Shown here piece after piece: positions 1 through 8,884 of a DNA stretch of 17,479 bases; the first letter of the stretch is position 1; every line of letters starts with the position of its first letter. The DNA lies in contig JAWOHE010000085.1 of assembly GCA_046485285.1 (NCBI GenBank), forward strand, positions 1-17,479. The letters are read 5' to 3'. The notes below the pieces were generated by a model. It ran no database searches. It was not told the origin of the DNA and saw only the letters and a list, made by a program, of their open reading frames with translations. The position numbers and the translations under genes were made by a program. The stretch is from a bacterium (lineage in GTDB: Bacteria > Hydrothermota > Tepidihabitantia > Tepidihabitantales > Tepidihabitantaceae).

Positions 1-190
1 GCGGCGGACCAGCGTGATCCGGGTGTTTCCGAACGAAGCGTCCTGCTTGCGACTGGTTACCGCCCACGCGATGGAGCAGTCGGCCGAGTGGGCCGGTCAG
101 CCCCAGTACCTCGATATGAGTCAGTGCGAAGACGAATCGTGAAGACAGACAGCGGCACGGCTCATTTTGCAGACAATTCGGCACTTGACC
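1..190 (+). mobile_element. Right end of an IS256-family insertion sequence, with probable right terminal inverted repeat ~163-190
   Basis: The transposase stop is followed ~20 bp later by CATTTTGCAGACAATTCGGCACTTGACC, which resembles IS256-type IRR ends. The left IR and target duplication lie outside the window, so the exact end is inferred. Confidence 0.7.
2..142 (+). CDS. IS256-family transposase, C-terminal fragment (5' end outside the window)
   Basis: Frame from position 2 reads RRTSVIRVFPNEASCLRLVTAHAMEQSAEWAGQPQYLDMSQCEDES* (TGA 140-142). RRTxVxRxFPNxxSxLRL...E...EW is the characteristic C-terminal motif of IS256/Mutator transposases. Not in the ORF track. Confidence 0.88.
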   Translation, partial: RRTSVIRVFPNEASCLRLVTAHAMEQSAEWAGQPQYLDMSQCEDES

Positions 191-262
191 CGTTCGCCAT
201 TCTGCCGGCCGAAACGCGCAGCCTGACTAGGCTCCAACCCCGCACCCACTCGCACTCCCGGA

Positions 263-478
263 GTTACTCCCCCAGTAACCCCGGGAGTAACTCCGGGAGT
301 AACACCCCCGGTAACCCCGGGGGTAACTGCCCCTGTAACCCCCGGAGTAACCCCGGTAGTTACTACCCCGGTAACCCCGGGAGTTACCCCGGAAGTAATA
401 CCCGGAGTTACTCCGGGAGTAACCCCGGGAGTAACTCCCCCAGTAACCCCGGGAGTTACTGGGGGGGTAACCCCGGGG
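263..478. repeat. 12-bp-period degenerate tandem array, 18 units of GTWAC-N7 (consensus GTAACCCCGGGA)
   Basis: Cores occur at 263, 275, 287 ... 467 with no indel: 12 GTAAC, 5 GTTAC, 1 GTAAT. The 7-nt spacers vary (CCCGGGA, TCCGGGA, TCCCCCA, ACCCCCG, TGCCCCT, TACCCCG, TGGGGGG and others). Confidence 0.95.
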
Positions 479-558
479 GTGGGGGAGGAGGTAAATTGAG
501 ATGTGAATGAAGTTCTGATTCTTCAAGCGGTTGTGGCGACTCTTGGGTTTGTTGGACC

Positions 559-574
559 GTGAGTTATAACTCAC
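559..574. promoter_or_regulatory. Perfect 16-bp palindrome GTGAGTTATAACTCAC, possible protein-binding site
   Basis: GTGAGTTA|TAACTCAC is an exact inverted repeat in a locally AT-richer stretch. The palindrome is certain; its function is unknown. Confidence 0.4.
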
Positions 575-729
575 ATTGCCAAATGGAAGTGGCGCGAGAG
601 CGGACGGTCGTGGCAGGGGTCTGAGCCTCCGGGTGTCGTGGTAGTAGGTCGGGCCAGGCCCGGCCTCCCGGGTCCAGCCTGCGGGCAGGGAGCCGGGCTG
701 TCGTGTGTGCCTCGGCCACCGGCGTTGTT

Positions 730-1003
730 CTACCGCCGGACCACGACGTTGCGGACCGGGGTGGCTCGTGGCCGAGGGCTCAGGACTGAGGGCTGGGAGC
801 GGCCGAGGTAGACCCGGGCGCGAGGTTGGAGATGTCGTTGTCGCCGGGAAGAAGCTCCATTAGCTTCCGGCCGGAGATGTCCTGCGCGGGCTTGGGACAC
901 GACCCGGAATCCCCCAAGAGGACGATTGCAGATACCAGATTGCAGATTGCAGACTGAGGAGGCCGCGGGTGATGGTCGGGCCCGGCGGCCGGCCGTTCCG
1001 CAT
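730..1003 (-). pseudogene. Frameshifted remnant of a secreted-protein C-terminal sorting-like domain (T9SS type A CTD-like)
   Basis: Three consecutive minus-strand frames read MRNGRPPGPTITRGLLSLQSAIWYLQS / AIVLLGDSGSCPKPAQDISGRKLMELLPGDNDISNLAPG / VYLGRSQPSVLSPRPRATPVRNVVVRR* (TAG 732-730). Together they give the D(I)xGR...LxPGVY...(K/N)VVV pattern. Frameshifts lie at ~925 and ~813. Confidence 0.7.
924..958. repeat. Heptamer tandem repeat, (GATTGCA)-like x5
   Basis: GATTGCA GATACCA GATTGCA GATTGCA GACTGAG at 924-958. Confidence 0.85.
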
Positions 1004-1042
1004 CGGGGCGACGTTCCGGTTCGGGCCGGGACGTTGCCGGGG

Positions 1043-1070
1043 TTGACGCTAGTCAGCCGCCAACTATATT
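1043..1070 (+). promoter_or_regulatory. Sigma70-like promoter of the HPr/EI operon
   Basis: TTGACG (1043-1048)-N16-TATATT (1065-1070), ~65 nt upstream of the HPr start. Confidence 0.65.
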
Positions 1071-1132
1071 TACCCGCGTGAGCACAATCGTTCCGAATCC
1101 GGGCGCCGGGTGCGCCGCCCCGTAAGGGCTGT

Positions 1133-1396
1133 GTGATGCAGGCCGGTACGGTGAAGGTGACGGGGTCGGTGGGCCTGCACGCCCGGCCGGCGGCCGAGTT
1201 CGTGCGCGAGGCCGAGCGGTTCAAGTCCCACGTGCGGATCCAGAAGGACGGGATGTGGGCAAACGGGAAGAGCATCCTGGCAATCCTGACCCTGGCCGCC
1301 GAGACCGGTTGCGAGTTGTTGCTCGAGGTCGAGGGCGAGGATGAGGAGAGTGCCTTCCCGGTGCTGAAGGCAAGGCTGGAGCGGGCAGTTGACTAG
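1133..1396 (+). CDS. ptsH: Phosphocarrier protein HPr
   Basis: 87 aa with GLHARPAA (His15 site) and NGKSIL (Ser46 site). The start could be GTG 1133 or ATG 1136; TAAGGG lies upstream. Confidence 0.95.
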   Translation: MMQAGTVKVTGSVGLHARPAAEFVREAERFKSHVRIQKDGMWANGKSILAILTLAAETGCELLLEVEGEDEESAFPVLKARLERAVD

Positions 1397-3164
1397 GCGC
1401 GAGCAGATACTGCGCGGCGTGTCGGTTTCGCCCGGATTCGCGTCGGGCCGGGCGTTCGTGTACCAGGCCTGGTTGCCGGAGCTGGTGGAGAAGGTCGTCG
1501 AACCGGGACGGGTCGACCCCGAGGTCAAGCGGTTCAAGGCCGCGGTCGAGGCGGCGCGCGCCGAGCTGACGGCCTTGCGCGAGCGGGTGACGAAGGAGAT
1601 CGGGCGTGACTTCGCGGATTTCATCGACGTCCAGCTCGCGCTCATCGCCGACGCGGACGTGGTCGCGCAGACCGAGCGGTTCATCCGCGAGCGGTTCCGC
1701 AACGCGGAGTTCGCCTATTCGGAAGTCCTGCGCGGCATCGCCCGGCAGGTGTCGGAGACCCGGCCGAGGCTGTTCCGCGAGAGGGTGCCCGACCTGCACG
1801 ACGCCGGCGCCCGGGTGCTCCAGCAGCTCCTGGGCGAGGAGCCGGCTTCGCTCCACGCGATGCCCGAGGGCGCGGTGCTGGTCGCGCGCGACCTGCCGCC
1901 GTCCGAGGCCGCACTGCTGAATCCGCGGCGGGTCGTCGGGCTGGTGCTTGAGGGCGGGGGCAGGACATCGCACACCGCGATAATGGCCCGGGCGAAGGAG
2001 ATACCGGCGGTGGTCGGGGTCGACGGCGTGACGAAGCGGGCAGTTGACGGCCAGCCGATGCTGGTGGACGGGTACCGGGGGCTGGTCGTGGTTCGGCCCG
2101 GCGCGAAGCGAGTCCGCGCCTACGAGGATGACGTCGCCCGGTACAAGCGACACCGGCGCTCGCTGTCGCGGCTGGCGGACGAGGACCCGGTGACGGCGGA
2201 CGGCAAGGTGCTTGACCTGTCCGCGAACATCGAGTTTCTCGCGGAGGCGCGCACCGCGCTTGCCGGCGGGGCTCGCGGCATCGGGCTCTTCCGGACCGAG
2301 TACTCGTACCTGGCGAGGTTGAGGCCGCCGACCGAAGAGGAGCAGTACGAGACCCTTGCCGAGGTGGCCCGACTGTTCGACCCGATGCCGGTCATCGTTC
2401 GGACATTTGACCTGGGCGGCGACAAGGTCGTCCCGGGCTACGGCGAGGCGAACCCGTTCCTGGGCTGGCGGGCGCTCCGGCTCTGTTTCGACAATCCCGC
2501 GCTGTTTCGCGGCCAACTGCGGGCGATTCTGCGCGCGTCGGCACACGGCAACGTGAAGATCATGTTCCCGATGGTGTCGGCGCTGGAGGAGCTCAGAAGG
2601 GCGAAGCTGATGCTCGAGGAGGAGAAGGCCGAGCTGGCGCGCAAGCAGGCGCAGTTCGACGAGAACATCGAGGTCGGGGTGATGGTCGAGACCCCTTCGG
2701 CCGCGATCATGGCCGACCGCCTCGCCCGGGAGTGTTCGTTCCTGTCAATCGGCTCGAATGACCTGACCCAGTACACCCTCGCGGTCGACCGCGGCAACGA
2801 GCGGGTTGCCGGGCTGTTTGATCCGTTTCACCCGGCGGTGCTCGAGCTCATCCGGCAGACGATTGACGCGGCGCACGAGCGAGGCATCTGGGTTGGCCTC
2901 TGCGGCGAGTTCGGGGCTGACCCGCTTGGTATCCTGGTGCTGCTCGGGCTCGGGATCGATGAGATATCGGTCGCGCCGGCGGCGCTTCCCGAGGTCAAGA
3001 ACATCATTCGTTCGGTCGACACGGACTCGGCCCGGGAGATAATGAACGCCGCGCGGGGCTTGAACACGCCGCTGGAGATTCGCCGTCTGCTCCGACGCGA
3101 GATGCACCGCAGATTCCCGAAGCTCGAGGAGTTCGTATTCGAGTTGGAGAGGGGCGGTCGGTGA
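1389..3164 (+). CDS. ptsI: Phosphoenolpyruvate-protein phosphotransferase (PTS enzyme I)
   Basis: Motifs GGRTSHTAIMAR (phospho-His), GIGLFRTE, RTFDLGGDK, EANPFLGWRALR, MVETPSAA, SIGSNDLTQY and GLCGE. The TTG start overlaps the HPr end. No N-terminal GAF domain. Confidence 0.96.
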   Translation: MTRREQILRGVSVSPGFASGRAFVYQAWLPELVEKVVEPGRVDPEVKRFKAAVEAARAELTALRERVTKEIGRDFADFIDVQLALIADADVVAQTERFIRERFRNAEFAYSEVLRGIARQVSETRPRLFRERVPDLHDAGARVLQQLLGEEPASLHAMPEGAVLVARDLPPSEAALLNPRRVVGLVLEGGGRTSHTAIMARAKEIPAVVGVDGVTKRAVDGQPMLVDGYRGLVVVRPGAKRVRAYEDDVARYKRHRRSLSRLADEDPVTADGKVLDLSANIEFLAEARTALAGGARGIGLFRTEYSYLARLRPPTEEEQYETLAEVARLFDPMPVIVRTFDLGGDKVVPGYGEANPFLGWRALRLCFDNPALFRGQLRAILRASAHGNVKIMFPMVSALEELRRAKLMLEEEKAELARKQAQFDENIEVGVMVETPSAAIMADRLARECSFLSIGSNDLTQYTLAVDRGNERVAGLFDPFHPAVLELIRQTIDAAHERGIWVGLCGEFGADPLGILVLLGLGIDEISVAPAALPEVKNIIRSVDTDSAREIMNAARGLNTPLEIRRLLRREMHRRFPKLEEFVFELERGGR

Positions 3165-3301
3165 TGCCGGGACGCCATCACAGCGGATTGGAGGCTGAAT
3201 GCAGAGTGCGTTCCGCAGTCTGACACTTGCGGTCCAGTTCCTGCAGTCCGGTCCGTTCTCGTCCATCTCCGCTGTCTGCGCGCCGACACCCGGAGGTGAT
3301 G

Positions 3302-4306
3302 ATGCCCGATAGCGGGATGCTGGAACTCGTGCTGGCCCTGCCGGAGCACCTGCTGGCCGGTTTCGTCGCGGCTGGCCGGCCAATGGCGGCGGCTCGCTAC
3401 GACAACCTCGTCGTCCTCGGGATGGGCGGCTCGGCAATAAGCGGTAGCCTGCTGTCCGGGCTCGTTGCCGACTCCGCCAGGGTGCCGGTGCTGTCCTGCC
3501 GCGACTACGAGATTCCGGCCGTTGCCGGTCGCCGAAGCCTGGTCGTGGCCATCAGCTATTCGGGCGACACCGAGGAGACGTTGAGCGCGTTCAGCCAGGC
3601 GCGCCGGCGCGGCTGTCCTGCCGTCATCATCGCTGGCGGCGGCCGGCTTGCCCGCGAGGCCGGGAACGTGCCGGTTGTCGGCGTGCCGACCGGCCTGCCC
3701 CCCCGGGCCGCGCTCGGCTTCCTTTTCGGCTCGCTGCTGGCCGTCGCCCGCACGGCCGGAGTCTGGTCCGGATCGCGGGCAGAGGTCGCCGCTGCGGCCT
3801 CGTTCCTCCACGGACGGGTCGGGCAGTGGCGGCGCCGGGCGAGAGCGCTTGCCGCCAGGCTGGGCGGCGGCCTGCCTTTCGTCTATGCGTCCTCGCGGAT
3901 GACCGAGCCGGCCGCGGAGCGCTGGCGGTGCCAGCTCAATGAGAACGCCAAGGTGTTGTGCCACTCAAGCGTCCTCCCGGAGCACAACCATAACGAGATC
4001 GTCGGGCTGGGCTCGCCGGCGGCCGCACGCGCAGCTTACATCCTCGCGCTGACCGATCGCCAGACCCACCCGCGCACGATCAAGCGCCTGGATCACTTGC
4101 TGGACATCGCCCGGGGCGCCTTTCGAGGCGCGACTGTCGTGCCGAGCGAGGGCGAGACGAGGCTGGAGCGGCTAATGTCGCTGGTGATGATGGGCGACCT
4201 GTTCAGCGTGGAACTGGCCGCGGCGCGGGGCGTTGACCCGATGCCGGTGGCCCGGATTGACGAGCTCAAACGCCGGATGGCGCCGGCGCGGGAGGCGAGA
4301 TGTTGA
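3302..4306 (+). CDS. Bifunctional phosphoglucose/phosphomannose isomerase (two SIS domains)
   Basis: Motifs GMGGSAISG, SYSGDTEET, RWRCQLNENAK and PEHNHNEIVG. Start moved from ORF-track 3227 to ATG 3302 (3299 also possible) because GGAGG lies at 3292-3296. Confidence 0.9.
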   Translation: MPDSGMLELVLALPEHLLAGFVAAGRPMAAARYDNLVVLGMGGSAISGSLLSGLVADSARVPVLSCRDYEIPAVAGRRSLVVAISYSGDTEETLSAFSQARRRGCPAVIIAGGGRLAREAGNVPVVGVPTGLPPRAALGFLFGSLLAVARTAGVWSGSRAEVAAAASFLHGRVGQWRRRARALAARLGGGLPFVYASSRMTEPAAERWRCQLNENAKVLCHSSVLPEHNHNEIVGLGSPAAARAAYILALTDRQTHPRTIKRLDHLLDIARGAFRGATVVPSEGETRLERLMSLVMMGDLFSVELAAARGVDPMPVARIDELKRRMAPAREARC

Positions 4307-5274
4307 GGGTGATCATCCCGGCCGCCGGGGAGGGCCGGCGGTTGCGACCGCACACCCACATCCGGCCGAAGGTGCTGATCGAGGTCGCCGGCAAGCCGAT
4401 CATCGGCCACATCATGGACCGGCTGGAAGCGCTCCAGCCGGAGGAAGTCTGCGTCGTCATCGGGCATCTCGGCGATCAGGTGATGAGCTACCTTGAGGCG
4501 AACTACGGATTTCGGTTTCGGTTCATCGAGCAGGAGGACCCGCGCGGGCTCGGCGACGCGGTCCTGCGCGTGAGCGCGGTCTTCGGCTCCGGGCCGGCGC
4601 TCATCGTGCTCGGCGACACGATTGTGGATATGGACCTGGGCGAGATCGTCGGCGGCGAGAGCACCATCGGCGTGCGGGAGGTCGAGGACCCGCGCCGGTT
4701 CGGGATCGTCGAACTGGCCGGCGACCGCGTCGCCCGGCTGGTCGAGAAGCCGGAGCAGCCGTCTTCCCGTCTGGCAATCGTCGGTGTGTACTACATTCGG
4801 GACTCAGCCCGGCTCTTCGGCGCGCTCGAGGAACTTGTCAGCGGCGGGCGGAAGATCCGCGGCGAGTACCAGCTCACCGACGCGCTCCAGCTGATGCTCG
4901 AGCAGGGCGAGACACTCCGCGTGCGCGAAGTGGCCCGGTGGCTCGACTGCGGTACGGCCGAGGCGCTCCTTGACACCAACCGCTACCTGCTGGGTCAGAA
5001 CGGTTACTACCGGCACCGGCCGACGGCGGTGTTTGTCGAGCCGGTCTTCGTCGACGACTCGGCGAGGGTCGAGAACTCGGTTGTCGGCCCGAGCGTCTCG
5101 GTCGGCGCGGGCGCGGTTATCGCGGGTTCGGTGATATTCGATTCAATCATCAACCGGCAGGCGCGGGTGGAGGGCGCGCTCCTTTCACGGTCGATCATCG
5201 GCGAGGGTAGCGTGGTCCAGGACCTGCCGCGCCGACTCAACCTTGGCGATCTCTCCGAGTTTCGATCCGGTTGA
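4300..5274 (+). CDS. Sugar-phosphate nucleotidyltransferase (glucose-1-phosphate thymidylyltransferase-like, with C-terminal beta-helix region)
   Basis: N-terminal IPAAGEGRRLRPHTHIRPKVL (GxGxRL motif), GLGDAV, LGD, FGIV, VEKP, GEYQLTDAL and WLDCG, then hexapeptide-like repeats. GGAGG SD; overlaps the upstream stop. Confidence 0.9.
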   Translation: MLRVIIPAAGEGRRLRPHTHIRPKVLIEVAGKPIIGHIMDRLEALQPEEVCVVIGHLGDQVMSYLEANYGFRFRFIEQEDPRGLGDAVLRVSAVFGSGPALIVLGDTIVDMDLGEIVGGESTIGVREVEDPRRFGIVELAGDRVARLVEKPEQPSSRLAIVGVYYIRDSARLFGALEELVSGGRKIRGEYQLTDALQLMLEQGETLRVREVARWLDCGTAEALLDTNRYLLGQNGYYRHRPTAVFVEPVFVDDSARVENSVVGPSVSVGAGAVIAGSVIFDSIINRQARVEGALLSRSIIGEGSVVQDLPRRLNLGDLSEFRSG

Positions 5275-6423
<1,149 letters not shown>

Positions 6424-6440
6424 CAATGGAGGAGACAGTG

Positions 6441-7574
6441 ATGCGTATCGCCAAGTCCGGGATTGTGTGTCTCGCGTTCGGGCTGCTCGGCTGCGGAGGC
6501 ACCGAGAGCGTGAAGGTCGGCGTCGTCCTGCCGCTTACCGGGCCGGTAGCGACATTCGGCGAGTCGGCGCGCGACGGCGCCCTGCTCGCGTTCGAGGAAG
6601 TCAACAGCGTCGGTGGCGTCAACGGTCGCCAGATCGAAGTGCTGCTGGTCGACGACCGCAATGACCCGGTAGCGACGGTTGAGGCGGCGGCGAAGATGAT
6701 CGACAAGGAGAAGGTCGTCGCGATGCTGGGCTCGGTTTCGACCGCGTGCTCCGAGCCGCTGGCGGAGCAGTGCGAGCGCGCCGGCGTGCCGCTCGTCACT
6801 CCGAGCTCGACCAACCCGTTCGTGACGGTGAGCCGGAGCGGAATGCGGCGCGGCTTTGTCTTCCGGGCCTGCTTCAGCGATTCGTTCCAGGGCGCGGTCG
6901 CGGCGCGCTTCGCGCGCCTGCGGATGAACGCGGGGAACGCGGCGGTGCTGTTCGGCGCGGATGACGAGTACTCGGCCGGCCTCGCCGGGTTTTTCGTCAC
7001 GGCTTTCCAGGCGCTGGGCGGCACGGTTGTCGCGCTCGAGTCCTACGACCGGACCACAACCGACTTCGCCCCGGCGTTTGACCGGCTCCGGTCGACCCGG
7101 CCGGATGTCCTGTTCCTCCCGGACTACTACACCCGCGTCGGGGTCATCGCCCGCGAGGCATGGCAGGCCGGGCTGCGCTCCGAACTCCTGGGCGGCGACG
7201 GCTGGGATTCGCCGGGCATGTTGGAACTCGCCGGGGATGCGATACGCGGCGGCTACTTCACGAGTCACTTCGCGCCTGATGACCCGAGGCCGGAGGTCCA
7301 CGAATGGGTCGTCCGGTTCCGGACCCGCTACAACCGCGACCCGGATGCGCTGGCCGCGCTCGGCTACGATGCCGCCCGGCTGCTCGCCGCGGCAATAGGA
7401 CGCGCCGAGTTGCCGGACCGGCCAAGCCTGCGTGATGCCCTGGCCGGGACGGCCGGCTTCGCCGGCGTCACCGGGGTCATCAGCTTCGACGAGCGCGGCA
7501 ACCCGGTCAAGGATGCGGTAATTCGTCAGTTCGACTTCGAGGGGCCGAGGTACGTCGGCACCGAAACGCCGTGA
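6441..7574 (+). CDS. Branched-chain amino acid ABC transporter substrate-binding lipoprotein (LivJ/K family), paralog 1
   Basis: SD GGAGGAG 6428-6434, lipobox LLGC, and motifs VKVGVVLPLTG, FRACFSDSFQG, LLGGDGWDS and LGYDAA. Confidence 0.9.
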   Translation: MRIAKSGIVCLAFGLLGCGGTESVKVGVVLPLTGPVATFGESARDGALLAFEEVNSVGGVNGRQIEVLLVDDRNDPVATVEAAAKMIDKEKVVAMLGSVSTACSEPLAEQCERAGVPLVTPSSTNPFVTVSRSGMRRGFVFRACFSDSFQGAVAARFARLRMNAGNAAVLFGADDEYSAGLAGFFVTAFQALGGTVVALESYDRTTTDFAPAFDRLRSTRPDVLFLPDYYTRVGVIAREAWQAGLRSELLGGDGWDSPGMLELAGDAIRGGYFTSHFAPDDPRPEVHEWVVRFRTRYNRDPDALAALGYDAARLLAAAIGRAELPDRPSLRDALAGTAGFAGVTGVISFDERGNPVKDAVIRQFDFEGPRYVGTETP

Positions 7575-7602
7575 GAGCGCGGCAAGGACAACTGGAGGCA
7601 AA

Positions 7603-8739
7603 ATGAAACTGACCGCGTTACTGACGGCCGCCGCCATCGTCGTGGGTGGCTTGTCCTGCGGCGGCGGCGACGCCATCAAAGTCGGCGTTATTGTCCCGTT
7701 AACCGGCGACATTAAGACTTTCGGCGAGTCGGTCCGCAACGGCGTGCTCCTGGCATTCGAGGAGGCCAATTCGGCGGGCGGCGTCAATGGCCGCCAGATC
7801 CAGGCCATTGTCAGCGACGACAAGAACGACCCGATGGAGGCTTCGAATGCCGGCGCCAAGCTCATCGACATGGACGGGGTCGTCGTCGTGCTCGGCTCGG
7901 TTTCGTCGAAGTGCTCGGTGCCGCTGTCGGACAAGTGCCAGGTCGCGGGCATCCCGATGATAACGCCAACTTCGACCAACCCCAAGGTCACGGTCGGAGA
8001 GGACGGCAGGCGCAAGAACCTCGTGTTCCGGGCCTGCTTCATCGACCCGTTTCAGGGCAGGGTCGCGGCCAAGTTCGCCCGCGACAGCCTGATGGCGCTG
8101 ACCGCAGCGGTGATGTTCGACGTCGGCAACGACTACTCGAAGGGGCTGGCCGAGTTCTTCCGAGCGGCGTTCGAGGAACGGGGCGGCCGAATTGTCGCCT
8201 ACGAGTCCTATGCCAAGGACGACGTCGACTTCTCGGCAGTGCTGACCAAGATCAAGCAGCAGGGTTCGGATGTGCTCTTCATCCCGGACTACTACAACAA
8301 GGTCGGCCTGATTGCCAAGCAGGCCCGCCAGCTCGGCATGCGCTCGACGCTCCTCGGCGGCGACGGCTGGGACTCGCCGGAGATGCTGCCGATTGCCGGC
8401 GATGCGATTCACGGCGGCTACTTCACCAACCACTACTCGCCCGACGACCCGCGGCCCGAGGTCCAGGAGTGGGTTGCCAAGTACAAGGCGCGCCACGGCC
8501 AGGCGCCGGATGCGCTCGCGACGCTCGGCTACGACGCGGCGCTGCTGCTGATCGAGGCGCTGAAGAACACAGAGAAGCAGGAGCCGGAGGCGATTCGCGA
8601 GGCCTTCCAGGCAATCAAGGACTTCCCCTGCGTTTCCGGGAGCATCAGCTTCGACGAGTGGGGGAACCCGATCAAGAGCGCGGCGGTCCTGCAGTACACC
8701 GAGGCCGGCCAGCGTTACGTCGCGACCGTGACGCCCTGA
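7603..8739 (+). CDS. Branched-chain amino acid ABC transporter substrate-binding lipoprotein (LivJ/K family), paralog 2
   Basis: SD GGAGG, lipobox GLSC, and motifs IKVGVIVPLTG, FRACFIDPFQG, DYSKGLA, LLGGDGWDS and LGYDAA. Confidence 0.92.
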   Translation: MKLTALLTAAAIVVGGLSCGGGDAIKVGVIVPLTGDIKTFGESVRNGVLLAFEEANSAGGVNGRQIQAIVSDDKNDPMEASNAGAKLIDMDGVVVVLGSVSSKCSVPLSDKCQVAGIPMITPTSTNPKVTVGEDGRRKNLVFRACFIDPFQGRVAAKFARDSLMALTAAVMFDVGNDYSKGLAEFFRAAFEERGGRIVAYESYAKDDVDFSAVLTKIKQQGSDVLFIPDYYNKVGLIAKQARQLGMRSTLLGGDGWDSPEMLPIAGDAIHGGYFTNHYSPDDPRPEVQEWVAKYKARHGQAPDALATLGYDAALLLIEALKNTEKQEPEAIREAFQAIKDFPCVSGSISFDEWGNPIKSAAVLQYTEAGQRYVATVTP

Positions 8740-8758
8740 GCGCGGGAGACCGACATCA

Positions 8759-8788
8759 CGGCGGCCGGCGGTTCCCCGCCGGCCGCCG
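8759..8788 (+). terminator. GC-rich 13-bp stem-loop after the second binding-protein gene (mRNA stabiliser or partial terminator)
   Basis: CGGCGGCCGGCGG-TTCC-CCGCCGGCCGCCG with no U tract. Such hairpins commonly sit between binding-protein and permease genes. Confidence 0.55.
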
Positions 8789-8884
8789 GACTTCGGGCCG
8801 GACGAGGCAGGGCGCGTTGCGCATTGCTGACCCAGTTGAGTTTTCGCTTGACTGGGCCGTGGCTTTGCCCTATCTATATGCGGC

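Noticed and set aside
185-215. Outward-facing TTGACC in the IS end forming a hybrid promoter into the array
   Set aside because: No -10-like hexamer lies 16-18 bp downstream; the sequence there is GC-rich (GGCCGA).
263-478. CRISPR array or DGR template/variable repeat
   Set aside because: The 5-bp core and 7-bp spacer are far too short for CRISPR, and no cas genes are present. Variation is not confined to adenines, and there is no reverse transcriptase in the window.
730-1275. 181-aa minus-strand ORF as a real gene
   Set aside because: It overlaps ptsH antisense. Only the last ~27 codons look meaningful, as part of the frameshifted CTD relic.
3165-3301. Possible small RNA, riboswitch or short ORF between ptsI and PGI/PMI
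   Set aside because: Only weak, degenerate complementarity and a ~19-codon ORF; no recognisable RNA motif.
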